From Thalassovita sp. (GTDB taxonomy: Bacteria > Pseudomonadota > Alphaproteobacteria > Rhodobacterales > Rhodobacteraceae), in assembly GCA_033723255.1 (NCBI GenBank), contig JAWVXM010000001.1:1-43025 (forward strand): DNA of 43,025 nucleotides, in the 5' to 3' direction. The notes beneath the pieces are model-generated. The model saw only the letters and a list, made by a program, of their open reading frames with translations, was not told the origin of the DNA and ran no database searches. Of the stretch, positions 1-9,184 are shown piece by piece (the stretch's first letter is position 1; every line of letters starts with the position of its first letter). A program made the translations under genes and the position numbers.

Positions 1-1319
1 AATGTCGCCGCGTCGTCCCCCGCCGCGGTCAGCACATCGTCGCGATCCACTTGCGGCAGCGCCGACAGAACGTCGGACAGCGCTCCGGGACCAACCTTGG
101 AACCGCAGCCGGCACAGACCGGTTGCCCGTCGCCCAGTTCCTCGGCCACACCGCTGGCGGTCACGGTGGGAAGGTCGGCGTGATCCATTTCCGGCAGATC
201 TCTGAATTTCGACATGAATTTCCGGTCGATCCGGTTCTTCCAACGCCACAGCCACGGCCCCGACCAGGCGCGCCCGTATTTTTCCGCCAGCGCCGATTTG
301 CCGCCCAGCGAAATCAGCTTCAGGTAATCCTTCTGCGGGTGGAACGGGCGCGTTTTCTGACCGGTGAGAACGGCGCGCAGATTGTCATGCAGGACAGGGG
401 CTGCACGGACCGCGAACACCCCGGCCTTGGGGCGCGGTGCGTGGGTCATGTGGGCGCAATCGCCCACCGCGAACAGGTCGCTGTAACCTTCGACCTGAAG
501 CGTCGGGCCGACATTGACGAACCCCTCGGTCAGCGGAAGGCCGGTATCCTGCAGCCAGCCATGCGGTTGCGCCCCGGCCGCGCCGATCGTCAGGTCCGAG
601 GGGATGATCTGCCCGGAGCTGAGCCTCGGACCCTGCGGCGTGATTTCGGCGATATCGGCGCCGGTCCAAAGCGTTACCTCATTGCCCTTCAGCGCCGACA
701 TGAGCCGCTTTCGGGTTTCCGGCCCGGTGCCGGTGAGACAGTCGCGGGCCTCGAGCAGCGTAACCTTGGCTTTGCCGGTCGCCTGACGCAGGGCAAAGGC
801 CATCGCCAGGGCCAGTTCGACCCCGGCCACCCCGCCGCCGATCACGGTGACCGGGCCGGCTTCGCCGCTTGCCCGGGCGGCGGACAGGAAATTGCGCCAG
901 CGCTCGGCGTAGATATCCAGCGGCTTGGCCCCGGTCGCATGTTCGGCGAACCCGCGCAGTTGCAGCAATTCGGTGGTGATCCCGATATCGATCGAGGCGA
1001 CGTCGTATTCGATGACCCCGTGCCCCGTGACCGTCACCGTTTTCGCGACAGGATCAAGCGCCACGGCCTTGCCGTCAATTATCCGGGCGCCTGCGAAGCG
1101 GGCCAGTCGCACCAGGTCGATTTCAAGCTCGTCCTGCCGGTAATGACCGGCGATATGGCCGGGAAGCATTCCGGAATAAGGGGCGGTCGGGCCGGGATTG
1201 ATCAGCGTCAGCCGTGCGCCGGGCAGGGGGCGCATGCCCCATTTGCGCAGCACCAGCGCGTGCGAATGCCCGCCACCGATCAACACCAGGTCTCGGGTCA
1301 ACGGAATTTGCGGCTGCAT
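1..1319 (-). CDS. selD: Selenide,water dikinase SelD fused to an N-terminal FAD-dependent (NDH-2-like) oxidoreductase domain; runs off the window edge
   Basis: Absent from the ORF track; translated by hand from ATG 1319. N-terminus MQPQIPLTRDLVLIGGGHSHAL (FAD-binding), YSGMLPG, IGGGVAGVE, FAVGDCA; then SelD motifs CAGCGSKVG (catalytic Cys/Lys) and GDDAA at the edge. Confidence 0.9.
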   Translation of the reverse strand, partial: MQPQIPLTRDLVLIGGGHSHALVLRKWGMRPLPGARLTLINPGPTAPYSGMLPGHIAGHYRQDELEIDLVRLARFAGARIIDGKAVALDPVAKTVTVTGHGVIEYDVASIDIGITTELLQLRGFAEHATGAKPLDIYAERWRNFLSAARASGEAGPVTVIGGGVAGVELALAMAFALRQATGKAKVTLLEARDCLTGTGPETRKRLMSALKGNEVTLWTGADIAEITPQGPRLSSGQIIPSDLTIGAAGAQPHGWLQDTGLPLTEGFVNVGPTLQVEGYSDLFAVGDCAHMTHAPRPKAGVFAVRAAPVLHDNLRAVLTGQKTRPFHPQKDYLKLISLGGKSALAEKYGRAWSGPWLWRWKNRIDRKFMSKFRDLPEMDHADLPTVTASGVAEELGDGQPVCAGCGSKVGPGALSDVLSALPQVDRDDVLTAAGDDAAT

Positions 1320-1404
1320 AGGTGGCCCCTTTCGACGGATCACATACCGATTACCTAATCCGTTCCGCCGGCATCCGCCAGAGGATCATGTCGTCGCAAC
1401 CGGT

Positions 1405-2379
1405 TCAGCGGATGCCGGGAACGATTTCCACCGCGATGCCTTCTTCCTGGGCATGGGCGAGCACGGGCGCTCCGAATTGCGCAGGATCCCCGGGCAGCAG
1501 CCGCACCACTTTTCGGCCCTGCCGTGCCGCCGCCAGCAGCGCGCCCATGTCGTGCGCTTCACTGTCGGTCAGCAGGACGCGTTCGGCGTCGCGACGGGCC
1601 AGTTCAAGGATATCTGCATCGACGGAGCGGTCATAGAAGATCGTGTCGGCTTCCTGCAGCCGTTCCACCGCCCGCAGGGTCAGCAGATCGCGGGCACCGG
1701 GGCCGGTGCCGACAAGGCTTATCATACCGAGGGGCTGGTCGTCCGGGGCGCCGCCGTCGCCAATAGCGCGTTTCAGAAGCTCCGCCGCCTCGCGCTCGGC
1801 GCCGCGCTTGAAGGCCAGCCAGGGGGCGCCGTTGAAGCTCCAGCGCCAGAAATCGCGCCGCCGCCGTGCCGGCACCTTGGCCGCCACCGCCTCGCGCAGC
1901 CGTCCCGCCAGGGCGGCGAAACTGCCCAGGCGCGGATCGAGTATCTGTTCTAAATCGGTCTTCAGGCGCCGGGCCAGCACCGGGGCTGTGCCTTCGGTGC
2001 CGATCGCCACCACCACCGGGTCGCGATCGACGATCGAAGGCGTGCTGACATCGCACAGATCGGGGCGGTCGACCACGTTGACGGTGGCGCCGGCCTGCTT
2101 GGCCAAGCGGTGCAAGGCCTCATCTCTTGCCGTATCGCCGGTGGCGATGAAGACCAGCGCGGCACCGGCAAAGATGTCGGGGGTGATTTGGCCGCTGTGA
2201 TGGGTGGCGCGCCCCGCATCGACGATGGCCTGCAATTCGTCGTCGAGCCCGTCGGAAACAAATGTCAGGGCGGCTTCGGTTTTCAGCATCAGGCGGGCTT
2301 TTTGGGCCGCCTGTTCGCCGCCGCCGGTAATCACGACCCGGCGAGCGACCATTTTCACGAACATCGGAAAGGATTTCAT
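1405..2379 (-). CDS. cysG: Siroheme synthase CysG-like protein: precorrin-2 dehydrogenase/ferrochelatase module plus a truncated, degenerate methyltransferase domain
   Basis: FPMF..VVITGGGEQAAQK, VNVVD.P.LCD...PSIVDR, AIGTEGTAPVLAR, SLVGTGPGARDLLTLRA; ends at VPGIR (324 aa). Confidence 0.8.
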   Translation of the reverse strand: MKSFPMFVKMVARRVVITGGGEQAAQKARLMLKTEAALTFVSDGLDDELQAIVDAGRATHHSGQITPDIFAGAALVFIATGDTARDEALHRLAKQAGATVNVVDRPDLCDVSTPSIVDRDPVVVAIGTEGTAPVLARRLKTDLEQILDPRLGSFAALAGRLREAVAAKVPARRRRDFWRWSFNGAPWLAFKRGAEREAAELLKRAIGDGGAPDDQPLGMISLVGTGPGARDLLTLRAVERLQEADTIFYDRSVDADILELARRDAERVLLTDSEAHDMGALLAAARQGRKVVRLLPGDPAQFGAPVLAHAQEEGIAVEIVPGIR

Positions 2380-2436
2380 GGGCGCTCTCCTTTTTCCGTC
2401 TTCACATTGAGGGGCGCCGATCCGGTGGGTTTCCGG

Positions 2437-3288
2437 TCAGAAATCCAACCCCAGGTCCAGGGTGCGCGCCGAATGGGTCAGCGCCCCGGAGGAAATGTAA
2501 TCGACACCGGTCGCGGCGACTTCGGCGATCCGGTCGAGGGTCATGTTGCCCGATGCTTCCAGCACCAGCCGCCCGTCATTCATCGCCACCGCCTGTTCCA
2601 GTGTCGGCGTGTCCATGTTGTCGAGCAGCACCACGTCGGCGCCGCCGGTGTCCAGAACCTGCCGCAGCTGGTCCAGACGATCGACCTCGATTTCCACCCG
2701 CACCATGTGGCTGGCATGGGCCTTGGTCGCTTCCAGCACGGCCTGCACGCCGCCGGCCGCGGCGATGTGGTTGTCCTTGATCAGGATGGCGTCGGACAGG
2801 CTGAACCGATGGTTGAAACCGCCACCGTGCAATACCGCCTGTTTTTCAACGATGCGCAGGCCTGGGGTGGTTTTGCGGGTACAGGTGATGCGGGTATCGG
2901 TTCCCCTGGTTTCCTGCACGAAGGCTGCGGTCAGCGTGGCGATGCCGGAAAGCCGACCGGCGAAGTTCAAGGCCACCCGTTCGCCCGACAGGATCGAGGC
3001 GGCAGAGCCTTCGATTTCCATCAGCGTGTCGCCCTTGGCGATCGCGTCACCATCGCGTTTCAGCATGCGCACCGTCAGCGCGGGATCAACAAGGCGGAAG
3101 GCGATGGCGGCGATCTGCAGGCCAGAAACAACACCATCTTCGCGCGCGTTGAGCCGCGCGGTATAGGTCGCGTCCGACGGGATCACCGCGCGGGTGGTGA
3201 TGTCACCATAGGTGCCCAGGTCTTCCATCAGCGCGGCCCTGACCAGCGGTTCCAGGATCAGGTCGGGACGGGTGGCATAGGCGCTCAT
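2437..3288 (-). CDS. nadC: Quinolinate phosphoribosyltransferase (nicotinate-nucleotide diphosphorylase, carboxylating)
   Basis: Motifs EDL..GDITT, TRKTTPGLR, NHRFSLSD..LIKDNH, EIEVD, LLDNM, EASG, ISSGALTHS. Confidence 0.97.
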   Translation of the reverse strand: MSAYATRPDLILEPLVRAALMEDLGTYGDITTRAVIPSDATYTARLNAREDGVVSGLQIAAIAFRLVDPALTVRMLKRDGDAIAKGDTLMEIEGSAASILSGERVALNFAGRLSGIATLTAAFVQETRGTDTRITCTRKTTPGLRIVEKQAVLHGGGFNHRFSLSDAILIKDNHIAAAGGVQAVLEATKAHASHMVRVEIEVDRLDQLRQVLDTGGADVVLLDNMDTPTLEQAVAMNDGRLVLEASGNMTLDRIAEVAATGVDYISSGALTHSARTLDLGLDF

Positions 3289-4856
3289 TCTGTTTCCTTC
3301 AGGATTTTGTCACGCAGGGCGGTGGTTTCGGCCAGGGTCAGCATGCTGCGTTCGCCGTGCTCGCCCTTGGTGTCGGGGAAATCGCCGCGGTAATGCGCGC
3401 CGCGCGATTCTTCGCGCATCAAAGCGGCTGCGGCGATCATCGTGGCGGTGGCGGTCATGTTCAGGAAGGCCGGGCAATCGGCGTTTTCCGCCTCAAGCCG
3501 GGCGATGATGCGCAGCGCGCGTTTCAGACCGTGCTCATCGCGCACCACGCCCACGTTGTCGGTCATGCAGCGGCGCAGCTCGTCCACCGCCTCTTCATCC
3601 GGCGGGAAGCCGTCGGGCCTGAAATCGGGATGGATTTCCGGCGCGGTTTCGGGGGCGTCGCCCAGAGCTTCTTCGATGCCTTCGGAACAGATCCGGGCAT
3701 AGACCAGCGCTTCCAGCAGCCCGTTCGAGGCAAGGCGGTTGGCGCCGTGCAGCCCGGTGGAAGAGGCTTCGCCGCAGACCCAGAGGTTTTTCAGGCTGGA
3801 ATGGCCCTGCATGTCGGTGGCGATCCCGCCCATGTGGTAATGCGCGGCGGCCGCTACCGGGATCGGGGCGTGCACCGGATCGATGCCGGCCCGCGCGCAG
3901 GCGTCGGCCACCGACGGGAACAGGGTCAGCACCTTTTCGCCCAGCACCGCGCGGGTATCGAGCATCGGGCGCTTACCCGCCCGGGTTTGGGCATAGATGG
4001 CGCGCGCAACGATATCGCGCGGGGCCAGTTCGGCATCCGGGTGGACGGAAAGCATGAAACGTTCGCCATCGGAATTGATCAGCGTCGCCCCTTCGCCGCG
4101 CAACGCCTCGGTCGCCAGCGGCGCGGGGTCTTCGCCCATGTCGATGGCGGTGGGGTGGAATTGCACGAATTCGGCGTCGCCGATCACCGCGCCGGCGCGC
4201 GCCGCCATGCCGATCACCTGGCCGCGGATGCGGGCCGGGTTGGTGGTGAGCTTGTACAGCCCCCCCGATCCACCGCCCGCCATCAGGTAGGCAGCGCCGC
4301 GCAGCAGTACCGGTTGCGACCGGTCCCGCCCCGAGGTTTCGATCCAGATCCCGGTGACGGTGCCATTTTCGGCCTCGAGCCCCGACGCCATCACCCCTTC
4401 GAGCACCTGCACCGACGGGGTGTCCTTTACCCGCGCGATCAGCGCCTTCATGATTTCCGCCCCGGCCTGATCGCCCTTGACCCGCACCACGCGGGCGAAA
4501 CTATGCGCCGCCTCGCGCGACAACACGTACTGTCCCTTGTCGTCGCGGTCGAACGGGGTGCCCATCTGGGTCAGGTCGAGGATATGTTCGCGCGCTTCGC
4601 GGGTGACCTGTGCCGCGACGTCTTCGTCGACGGTCCCGGCACCGGCCCGCACCGTGTCAGACGAATGGCTTTCGGGACTGTCGGTCGGGGCCATCGCGGC
4701 GGCGACCCCGCCCTGGGCCCAGGCCGAACTGGCCCCTTCGCCCAGCGTTTCGGGGGAAATCATCACCACCGGCCGCGGTGCCAGTTTCAGCGCGGCATAG
4801 AGAGCCCCCATGCCGCCGCCTACGATGACGATGCGATCGGTCGTGATCTCCTGCAT
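3285..4856 (-). CDS. nadB: L-aspartate oxidase
   Basis: IVGGG, SAWAQGGVAA, REAAHS, EFVQFHPT, TEALRGEG, AHYHMGG, GLHGANRLASNGLLE, ESRGAH; lies between nadA and nadC. ATG 4856 preferred over TTG 4865. Confidence 0.95.
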   Translation of the reverse strand: MQEITTDRIVIVGGGMGALYAALKLAPRPVVMISPETLGEGASSAWAQGGVAAAMAPTDSPESHSSDTVRAGAGTVDEDVAAQVTREAREHILDLTQMGTPFDRDDKGQYVLSREAAHSFARVVRVKGDQAGAEIMKALIARVKDTPSVQVLEGVMASGLEAENGTVTGIWIETSGRDRSQPVLLRGAAYLMAGGGSGGLYKLTTNPARIRGQVIGMAARAGAVIGDAEFVQFHPTAIDMGEDPAPLATEALRGEGATLINSDGERFMLSVHPDAELAPRDIVARAIYAQTRAGKRPMLDTRAVLGEKVLTLFPSVADACARAGIDPVHAPIPVAAAAHYHMGGIATDMQGHSSLKNLWVCGEASSTGLHGANRLASNGLLEALVYARICSEGIEEALGDAPETAPEIHPDFRPDGFPPDEEAVDELRRCMTDNVGVVRDEHGLKRALRIIARLEAENADCPAFLNMTATATMIAAAALMREESRGAHYRGDFPDTKGEHGERSMLTLAETTALRDKILKETE

Positions 4857-4884
4857 CGGCTGCAATCCCTAGATGGTCCAGTCC

Positions 4885-5937
4885 CTAGATGCCCAGTTGC
4901 CTTGACAGGTCGATCATGCGCTGCACCGCAAGCCGGGCTTTGTCGGCCACCGCCTTGTCGACCTCGACCGGGGTGGTCATGGTATGCAGCGAATAGAGCA
5001 CCTTTTCCAGCGTGATTTTCTTCATGAACGGGCACATGTTGCAGGGGCCGATGAAATCGACATCCGGCAGCGCGTCGGAAATGTTCGACGCCATCGAACA
5101 TTCGGTCACCAGCATCGCCTTTTCCGGCTTTTCGTTCTCGACATAGGAAATGATGCCGCTGGTCGATCCCGAATAATCGGCCTCGGCCACCACGTCGGGG
5201 GGGCATTCGGGATGGGCGATGATGCGGGTGCCCGGGTTCCATTCGCGGAATTCCTTCAGATCCTGCGCGGTATATCGTTCATGCACGATGCAGGATCCAT
5301 CCCACCAGACGATTTGCTTGTCCGGCACCTGCTGTGCCACGTTCTGTGCCAGGTACTTGTCCGGGGTCATGATCACCAGGTCGCTGTCCTGGGCCGCCAC
5401 GATCTGGGCGGCGTTCGACGAGGTGCAGCAGATGTCCGAGGCCGCCTTCACATCGGCGGTGGTGTTCACATAGGTGACAACCGGCGCGCCGGGATATTGC
5501 GCGCGCATCTGCTCGACGCCTTCGGCGGTGATCGAGGAAGCCAGAGAACAGCCCGCTTCCATATCCGGCATCAGAACGGTTTTCGACGGGTTCAGCACCT
5601 TCGAGGTCTCGGCCATGAAATGCACGCCGCATTGCACGATGACGTCTTCTTCGACCTCGGTCGCCTTGATCGCCAGCTGCAGGCTGTCGCCGACGAAATC
5701 GGACACCCCGTGATAGATGTCCGGGGTCATGTAGTTATGCGCAAGAATGACCGCGCCGCGCTTCTTCTTCAACTCGTTGATCGCCACCACGTAAGGCGCG
5801 TAAACGGCCCAGTCCGCAAACGTCACCACGCGATCCATACGCGCGTAGATATCCTTGGTGGCCTCGGCGAGTTCCATCGACGGGGCGAGATCGTAATGTT
5901 CCGCCAGATCGGCGCGAACGGTCGAAAGATCGAGCAA
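4885..5937 (-). CDS. nadA: Quinolinate synthase
   Basis: LAHNY, GDSL, CGVHFMAET, AGCSLA, YVNT, CCTSSNA, CIVHE, AHPEC, CPFMK. Start placed at TTG 5937 after a GGAGGA RBS. Confidence 0.96.
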   Translation of the reverse strand: MLDLSTVRADLAEHYDLAPSMELAEATKDIYARMDRVVTFADWAVYAPYVVAINELKKKRGAVILAHNYMTPDIYHGVSDFVGDSLQLAIKATEVEEDVIVQCGVHFMAETSKVLNPSKTVLMPDMEAGCSLASSITAEGVEQMRAQYPGAPVVTYVNTTADVKAASDICCTSSNAAQIVAAQDSDLVIMTPDKYLAQNVAQQVPDKQIVWWDGSCIVHERYTAQDLKEFREWNPGTRIIAHPECPPDVVAEADYSGSTSGIISYVENEKPEKAMLVTECSMASNISDALPDVDFIGPCNMCPFMKKITLEKVLYSLHTMTTPVEVDKAVADKARLAVQRMIDLSRQLGI

Positions 5938-6167
5938 CCAACTGTCCTCCAGCAACGGTTTGAGGGGTTCATATATGGGGAAACCACGGTATTTGCTAGG
6001 GGAATCGGGTAGGTGTGGCGATTATTCTTCTTTTCCCGGGATACGTAAAAAACACTCTATCCTGGTGAATTTACAGGGATGGATGTCCGTCGCGTAGCGG
6101 GTGAAAACCGGGGCATGTTCCGGTCGCGACGGTTCTCGTGATCCGCATCCCGAAGTTTGACCGCTGA

Positions 6168-6635
6168 TCAGCCCCGGCCGCGATAGGGCGGCACGCCCTG
6201 ATCGGGGATCCAGACCCCTTCGGGCATCGGGCCGGTTTGCCAGAACACGTCGATCGGGATGCCGCCGCGCGGGTACCAGTAGCCGCCGATGCGCAGCCAT
6301 TTCGGATCGAGGAATTCGACCAGCCGGCGGCCGATCGACACGGTGCAGTCTTCGTGGAACGCGCCGTGATTGCGGAACGATCCGAGGAACAGTTTCAGCG
6401 ACTTGCTTTCCACCAGCCAGTCGCCCGGCACGTAATCGATCATCAGGTGGGCGAAATCGGGCTGCCCGGTCATCGGGCAGAGCGAGGTGAATTCCGGCGC
6501 GGTGAAACGCACGTTGTAATCCACGTCCGCCTGCGGGTTCTTTACCCGTTCCAGCTCCGCCTCGTCCGGGCTCTGCGGCATCACGGTCGCGCCGCCCAGT
6601 TGCTTGAGGTCCTGGTAGATGTTTTCGTCGCTCAT
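6168..6635 (-). CDS. queF: preQ0 nitrile reductase, unimodular QueF
   Basis: [25 protein letters not shown] QueF motif, FHEDC, PRGGI; ATG 6635 after a GGAGA RBS. Confidence 0.95.
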   Translation of the reverse strand: MSDENIYQDLKQLGGATVMPQSPDEAELERVKNPQADVDYNVRFTAPEFTSLCPMTGQPDFAHLMIDYVPGDWLVESKSLKLFLGSFRNHGAFHEDCTVSIGRRLVEFLDPKWLRIGGYWYPRGGIPIDVFWQTGPMPEGVWIPDQGVPPYRGRG

Positions 6636-6656
6636 CGGTTTCTCCAATTCGTACGT

Positions 6657-7364
6657 TCAGACGCCGCGCTTGTTGCCCCAGACCAGCACGTGCAGCTGAG
6701 GCAAGACGCGGGGGGTGAACCATTGGTCTTTGGTCACCTTCTCGATCAGCCACAGCAGCCGGTCGGTTGCCTGCTGCAGGTCGACCGGCTGTTCCGGGTT
6801 GGATTCGGGGTTGCCGGGCTGCAGGTAGAGCGGCAGCTGAGGGTAACGCGCCGCCGCGTCCTTGGCCCATTGATAATCTGTGTCGTCGAAGATGACGATC
6901 TTCATCACCATTTCGGGGCCGGTTCCGGCCGCGGCGAGGCAGCTGTCGAAGGCATCCCAGTCGACGGTTTCGCCGCTCGACGGCGGTTTCGGGCTCAGCA
7001 CCAGCGTGGACAGGTCGGCAAACCACGGCTTGGCGACCGACCCCTGCGTTTCACAGGCGAAGCGATAGCCCTCGGCCTTGCCGAGCGCGATCACCGGGGC
7101 GAAATCCTGGATCGCCGGGTTGCCGCCCGAAATCGACACGGTCAGCGGCTTGCCCCCCGACAAACGGCGAACTTCGTCCCAGACCTGCTCCGGTTCCATC
7201 GCCGCCCAGTCGTGCCGGTACTTGCTGTCCACCGCGTGCATGGAATCGCACCACGAACAGCGGTAATCGCAGCCGCCCGCCCGGATGAACACGGTGGGTT
7301 CGCCGATCAGCGCGCCTTCGCCCTGGATGGTGGGGCCGAAGATTTCCGCGATGCGCAGGGTCAT
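6657..7364 (-). CDS. queE: 7-carboxy-7-deazaguanine synthase (radical SAM)
   Basis: [20 protein letters not shown] (CX3CX2C), SGGNP, LSPK, LPQLH. True start ATG 7364 overlaps the queD stop; the track ORF is over-extended. Confidence 0.95.
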   Translation of the reverse strand: MTLRIAEIFGPTIQGEGALIGEPTVFIRAGGCDYRCSWCDSMHAVDSKYRHDWAAMEPEQVWDEVRRLSGGKPLTVSISGGNPAIQDFAPVIALGKAEGYRFACETQGSVAKPWFADLSTLVLSPKPPSSGETVDWDAFDSCLAAAGTGPEMVMKIVIFDDTDYQWAKDAAARYPQLPLYLQPGNPESNPEQPVDLQQATDRLLWLIEKVTKDQWFTPRVLPQLHVLVWGNKRGV

Positions 7365-7714
7365 GGCCGGTACTCGGCCCAGGTTTTCGGCGTTTCGCTG
7401 ACCTTGACGGCGGCGGTTTCCGGCCAGCGCGATTTGCACCAGTCGAAGAAATGCTTGGCCATGTTTTCGGCGGTCGGCGCGATGTCCAGCACGTCGTTCA
7501 GGTGCCGGTGATCGAACCCGTCGTCGATATAGGTCTTGAGCGGTTTCAGTTCGTGGTAATCGCGCACGAAACCATCTGTATTCAGCTCTTGCGCGGCCAG
7601 TTCCACCACCACGATGTAGTTGTGGCCATGCAGCCGGTGGCATTGGTGGTCTTCCGGCAGGTGCGACAGTTGGTGCGAAGCGGAGAAGTGGAATTCCTTG
7701 GTAATGCGGAACAT
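7361..7714 (-). CDS. queD: 6-carboxytetrahydropterin synthase
   Basis: [29 protein letters not shown] motifs. Confidence 0.96.
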   Translation of the reverse strand: MFRITKEFHFSASHQLSHLPEDHQCHRLHGHNYIVVVELAAQELNTDGFVRDYHELKPLKTYIDDGFDHRHLNDVLDIAPTAENMAKHFFDWCKSRWPETAAVKVSETPKTWAEYRP

Positions 7715-8415
7715 CAGCGCGCCTCCGCCGCTTTGACGGCGGCTTTCCAGAAATCGCGATCTTCATAGTTGGTCGGATCTGCGATACCGGCCAGGTCGAA
7801 GGCTTCGCGCCGTTCCACGCAGGTGCCGCAGCGGCCGCAATGATGCTCGCCGCCCTTGTAGCAGGACCATGTGTCGGCAAAGGGCGTGTTTACCCGCGCG
7901 CCCTCGGTCACGATATCGGCCTTGGAACGGTGCACGAAGGGGGTATGGAGCCGCACGTCGGCATATCCGTCCAGCGCCGCACGCTGCATGGTGTCGAAGC
8001 TTTCGGTGAAGGCGGGGCGGCAATCGGGATAGATGAAGTGATCGCCGCCATGCACGGCGGTGGCCACCGCTTCGTCGCCATTGGCCGCTGCGATGCCATA
8101 GGCGATGGTCAGCATGATCGCGTTGCGGTTCGGCACCACGGTGATCTTCATGGTTTCTTCGGCGTAATGCCCGTCGGGCACGTCGATATCGTCGGTCAGC
8201 GCCGACCCTGTCAGCGCCGCGCCGATATTGCGCATGTCGATGACGTGATGCGGCACGCCCAGCCGTTCGGCGGCAGCGGCGGCGTAATCGAGTTCCTTGC
8301 GATGCCGTTGGCCATAGTCGAAGGAGACCAGCCGGGTCAGTTCATCCTGATCGGAGATCATGTGGGCCAGCGATACGGAATCGAGCCCGCCCGAGCAGAT
8401 AACGAGGGTTTTCAT
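7714..8415 (-). CDS. queC: 7-cyano-7-deazaguanine synthase
   Basis: SGGLDS PP-loop, FDYGQRH, VPNRN, YPDCR, TWSCY...CGRCGTC zinc motif. Confidence 0.97.
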   Translation of the reverse strand: MKTLVICSGGLDSVSLAHMISDQDELTRLVSFDYGQRHRKELDYAAAAAERLGVPHHVIDMRNIGAALTGSALTDDIDVPDGHYAEETMKITVVPNRNAIMLTIAYGIAAANGDEAVATAVHGGDHFIYPDCRPAFTESFDTMQRAALDGYADVRLHTPFVHRSKADIVTEGARVNTPFADTWSCYKGGEHHCGRCGTCVERREAFDLAGIADPTNYEDRDFWKAAVKAAEAR

Positions 8416-8423
8416 GTTTTCAG

Positions 8424-8458
8424 TCCTTGTTTTGATGACCGGGTAGGCTGCGACCGGT
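8424..8458 (-). ncRNA. preQ1 class I riboswitch (translational type)
   Basis: Minus strand reads ACCGG-UCGCAGCCUAC-CCGGU-CAUCAAAACAAGGA: 5-bp P1 stem, UCGCAG...AC loop, A-rich tail running into the AAGGA RBS of queC. It closely parallels the Thermoanaerobacter tengcongensis aptamer as recalled (CUGGG-UCGCAGUAAC-CCCAG-UUAACAAAACAAG). Confidence 0.85.
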
Positions 8459-8465
8459 TGACGGG

Positions 8466-8494
8466 CATATAGCGATCCGAGGGCGAAGGCGCAA
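8466..8494 (-). promoter_or_regulatory. Putative sigma70 promoter of queCDEF
   Basis: TTGCGC-N17-TATATG, which would start transcription right at the riboswitch 5' end. Confidence 0.5.
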
Positions 8495-8544
8495 TAGGGG
8501 CGGGTCCTCGCTTTAGACGGGGGCTCTGCGCGCGGCGGGATGCT

Positions 8545-9015
8545 TTATTCTGTCGGTTTGCGATGTTGCAGCGGTGCGCGGCTCAACGCGTTGCCGGTAT
8601 CGACCGCCTTGCGCAGCAGCCGCAGCATCTGTTCGCGTTCGTCATCATCCAGGCCGGTCAGGATGTCGGCCTGCAAGTCCCAGACGATCGGCGTTGCCGT
8701 ATTGAGTGTCGCGGCGCCCTTGTCTGTCAGGGTCAGCACCTTGGCGCGGCGGTCGCGCGGGCTGGTGTGCCGGTCGATCAGCCCCTTGTTCTGCAACCGG
8801 TCTAGCACCGATCCCATCGTGACCCGGTCATAGCCGATCAGGCCGGCAAGGGTTGCCTGGTCGATTTCGGGATTGGCGGAAAGTGCCGCAAGCGCGCTGA
8901 ATTGCACCGGTGTCAGGTCAAAGCCGGCTTCTTTCATCCGGTCTGCGAAAATCGATACAGAGATCTGGTTGAGGCGCCGGATCAGGTGCCCGGCCATACC
9001 GTAGATTTCCAGCAA
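8545..9015 (-). CDS. MarR-family transcriptional regulator
   Basis: GHLIRR, DLTPVQFSAL, DQATLA, LQNKGLI, DRRAKVLTLT winged-helix pattern; TTG start after AAGGA. Confidence 0.92.
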   Translation of the reverse strand: MLEIYGMAGHLIRRLNQISVSIFADRMKEAGFDLTPVQFSALAALSANPEIDQATLAGLIGYDRVTMGSVLDRLQNKGLIDRHTSPRDRRAKVLTLTDKGAATLNTATPIVWDLQADILTGLDDDEREQMLRLLRKAVDTGNALSRAPLQHRKPTE

Positions 9016-9076
9016 GCTGACATCCTTTGTTCCGAACCCTTTCCTGCGTCATTGCGCATAGCATGGCGATAGCCGT

Positions 9077-9105
9077 TTGACGAGTACGCTGATAGTCAGT
9101 TTGCT
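9077..9105 (+). promoter_or_regulatory. Candidate MarR operator overlapping a promoter that faces hypF
   Basis: Imperfect inverted repeat AGTACGCTGA-TAG-TCAGTTTGCT (9083-9105, 7 of 10 pairs) directly after TTGACG (9077-9082), in the divergent marR/hypF spacer. Confidence 0.35.
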
Positions 9106-9184
9106 TGCCACAAGGGAATCGGTGGGGAAGCGGGCATCTGGGCTAAGTGATCCTGACAGGTGCACCTGGAGTATCTGAGCCACG

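Noticed and set aside
51-1358. 435-aa plus-strand ORF and the other long antisense ORFs (2110-3393, 3357-5015, 26300-28366, 37811-39742 etc.)
   Set aside because: Shadow frames of real genes on the opposite strand in high-GC DNA; no motifs.
1340-1407. Selenocysteine readthrough of the cysG-like TGA next to selD
   Set aside because: Readthrough adds only a short non-homologous tail before TAA; no convincing SECIS, and the position is not a Cys site.
5940-6165. NadQ/NrtR operator or riboswitch upstream of nadA
   Set aside because: No convincing palindrome or recognisable aptamer seen.
6168-8415. que genes as a 7-deazaguanine DNA-modification (dpd) system
   Set aside because: No dpdA/tgt-like gene in the window; queF and a preQ1 riboswitch indicate ordinary queuosine synthesis.
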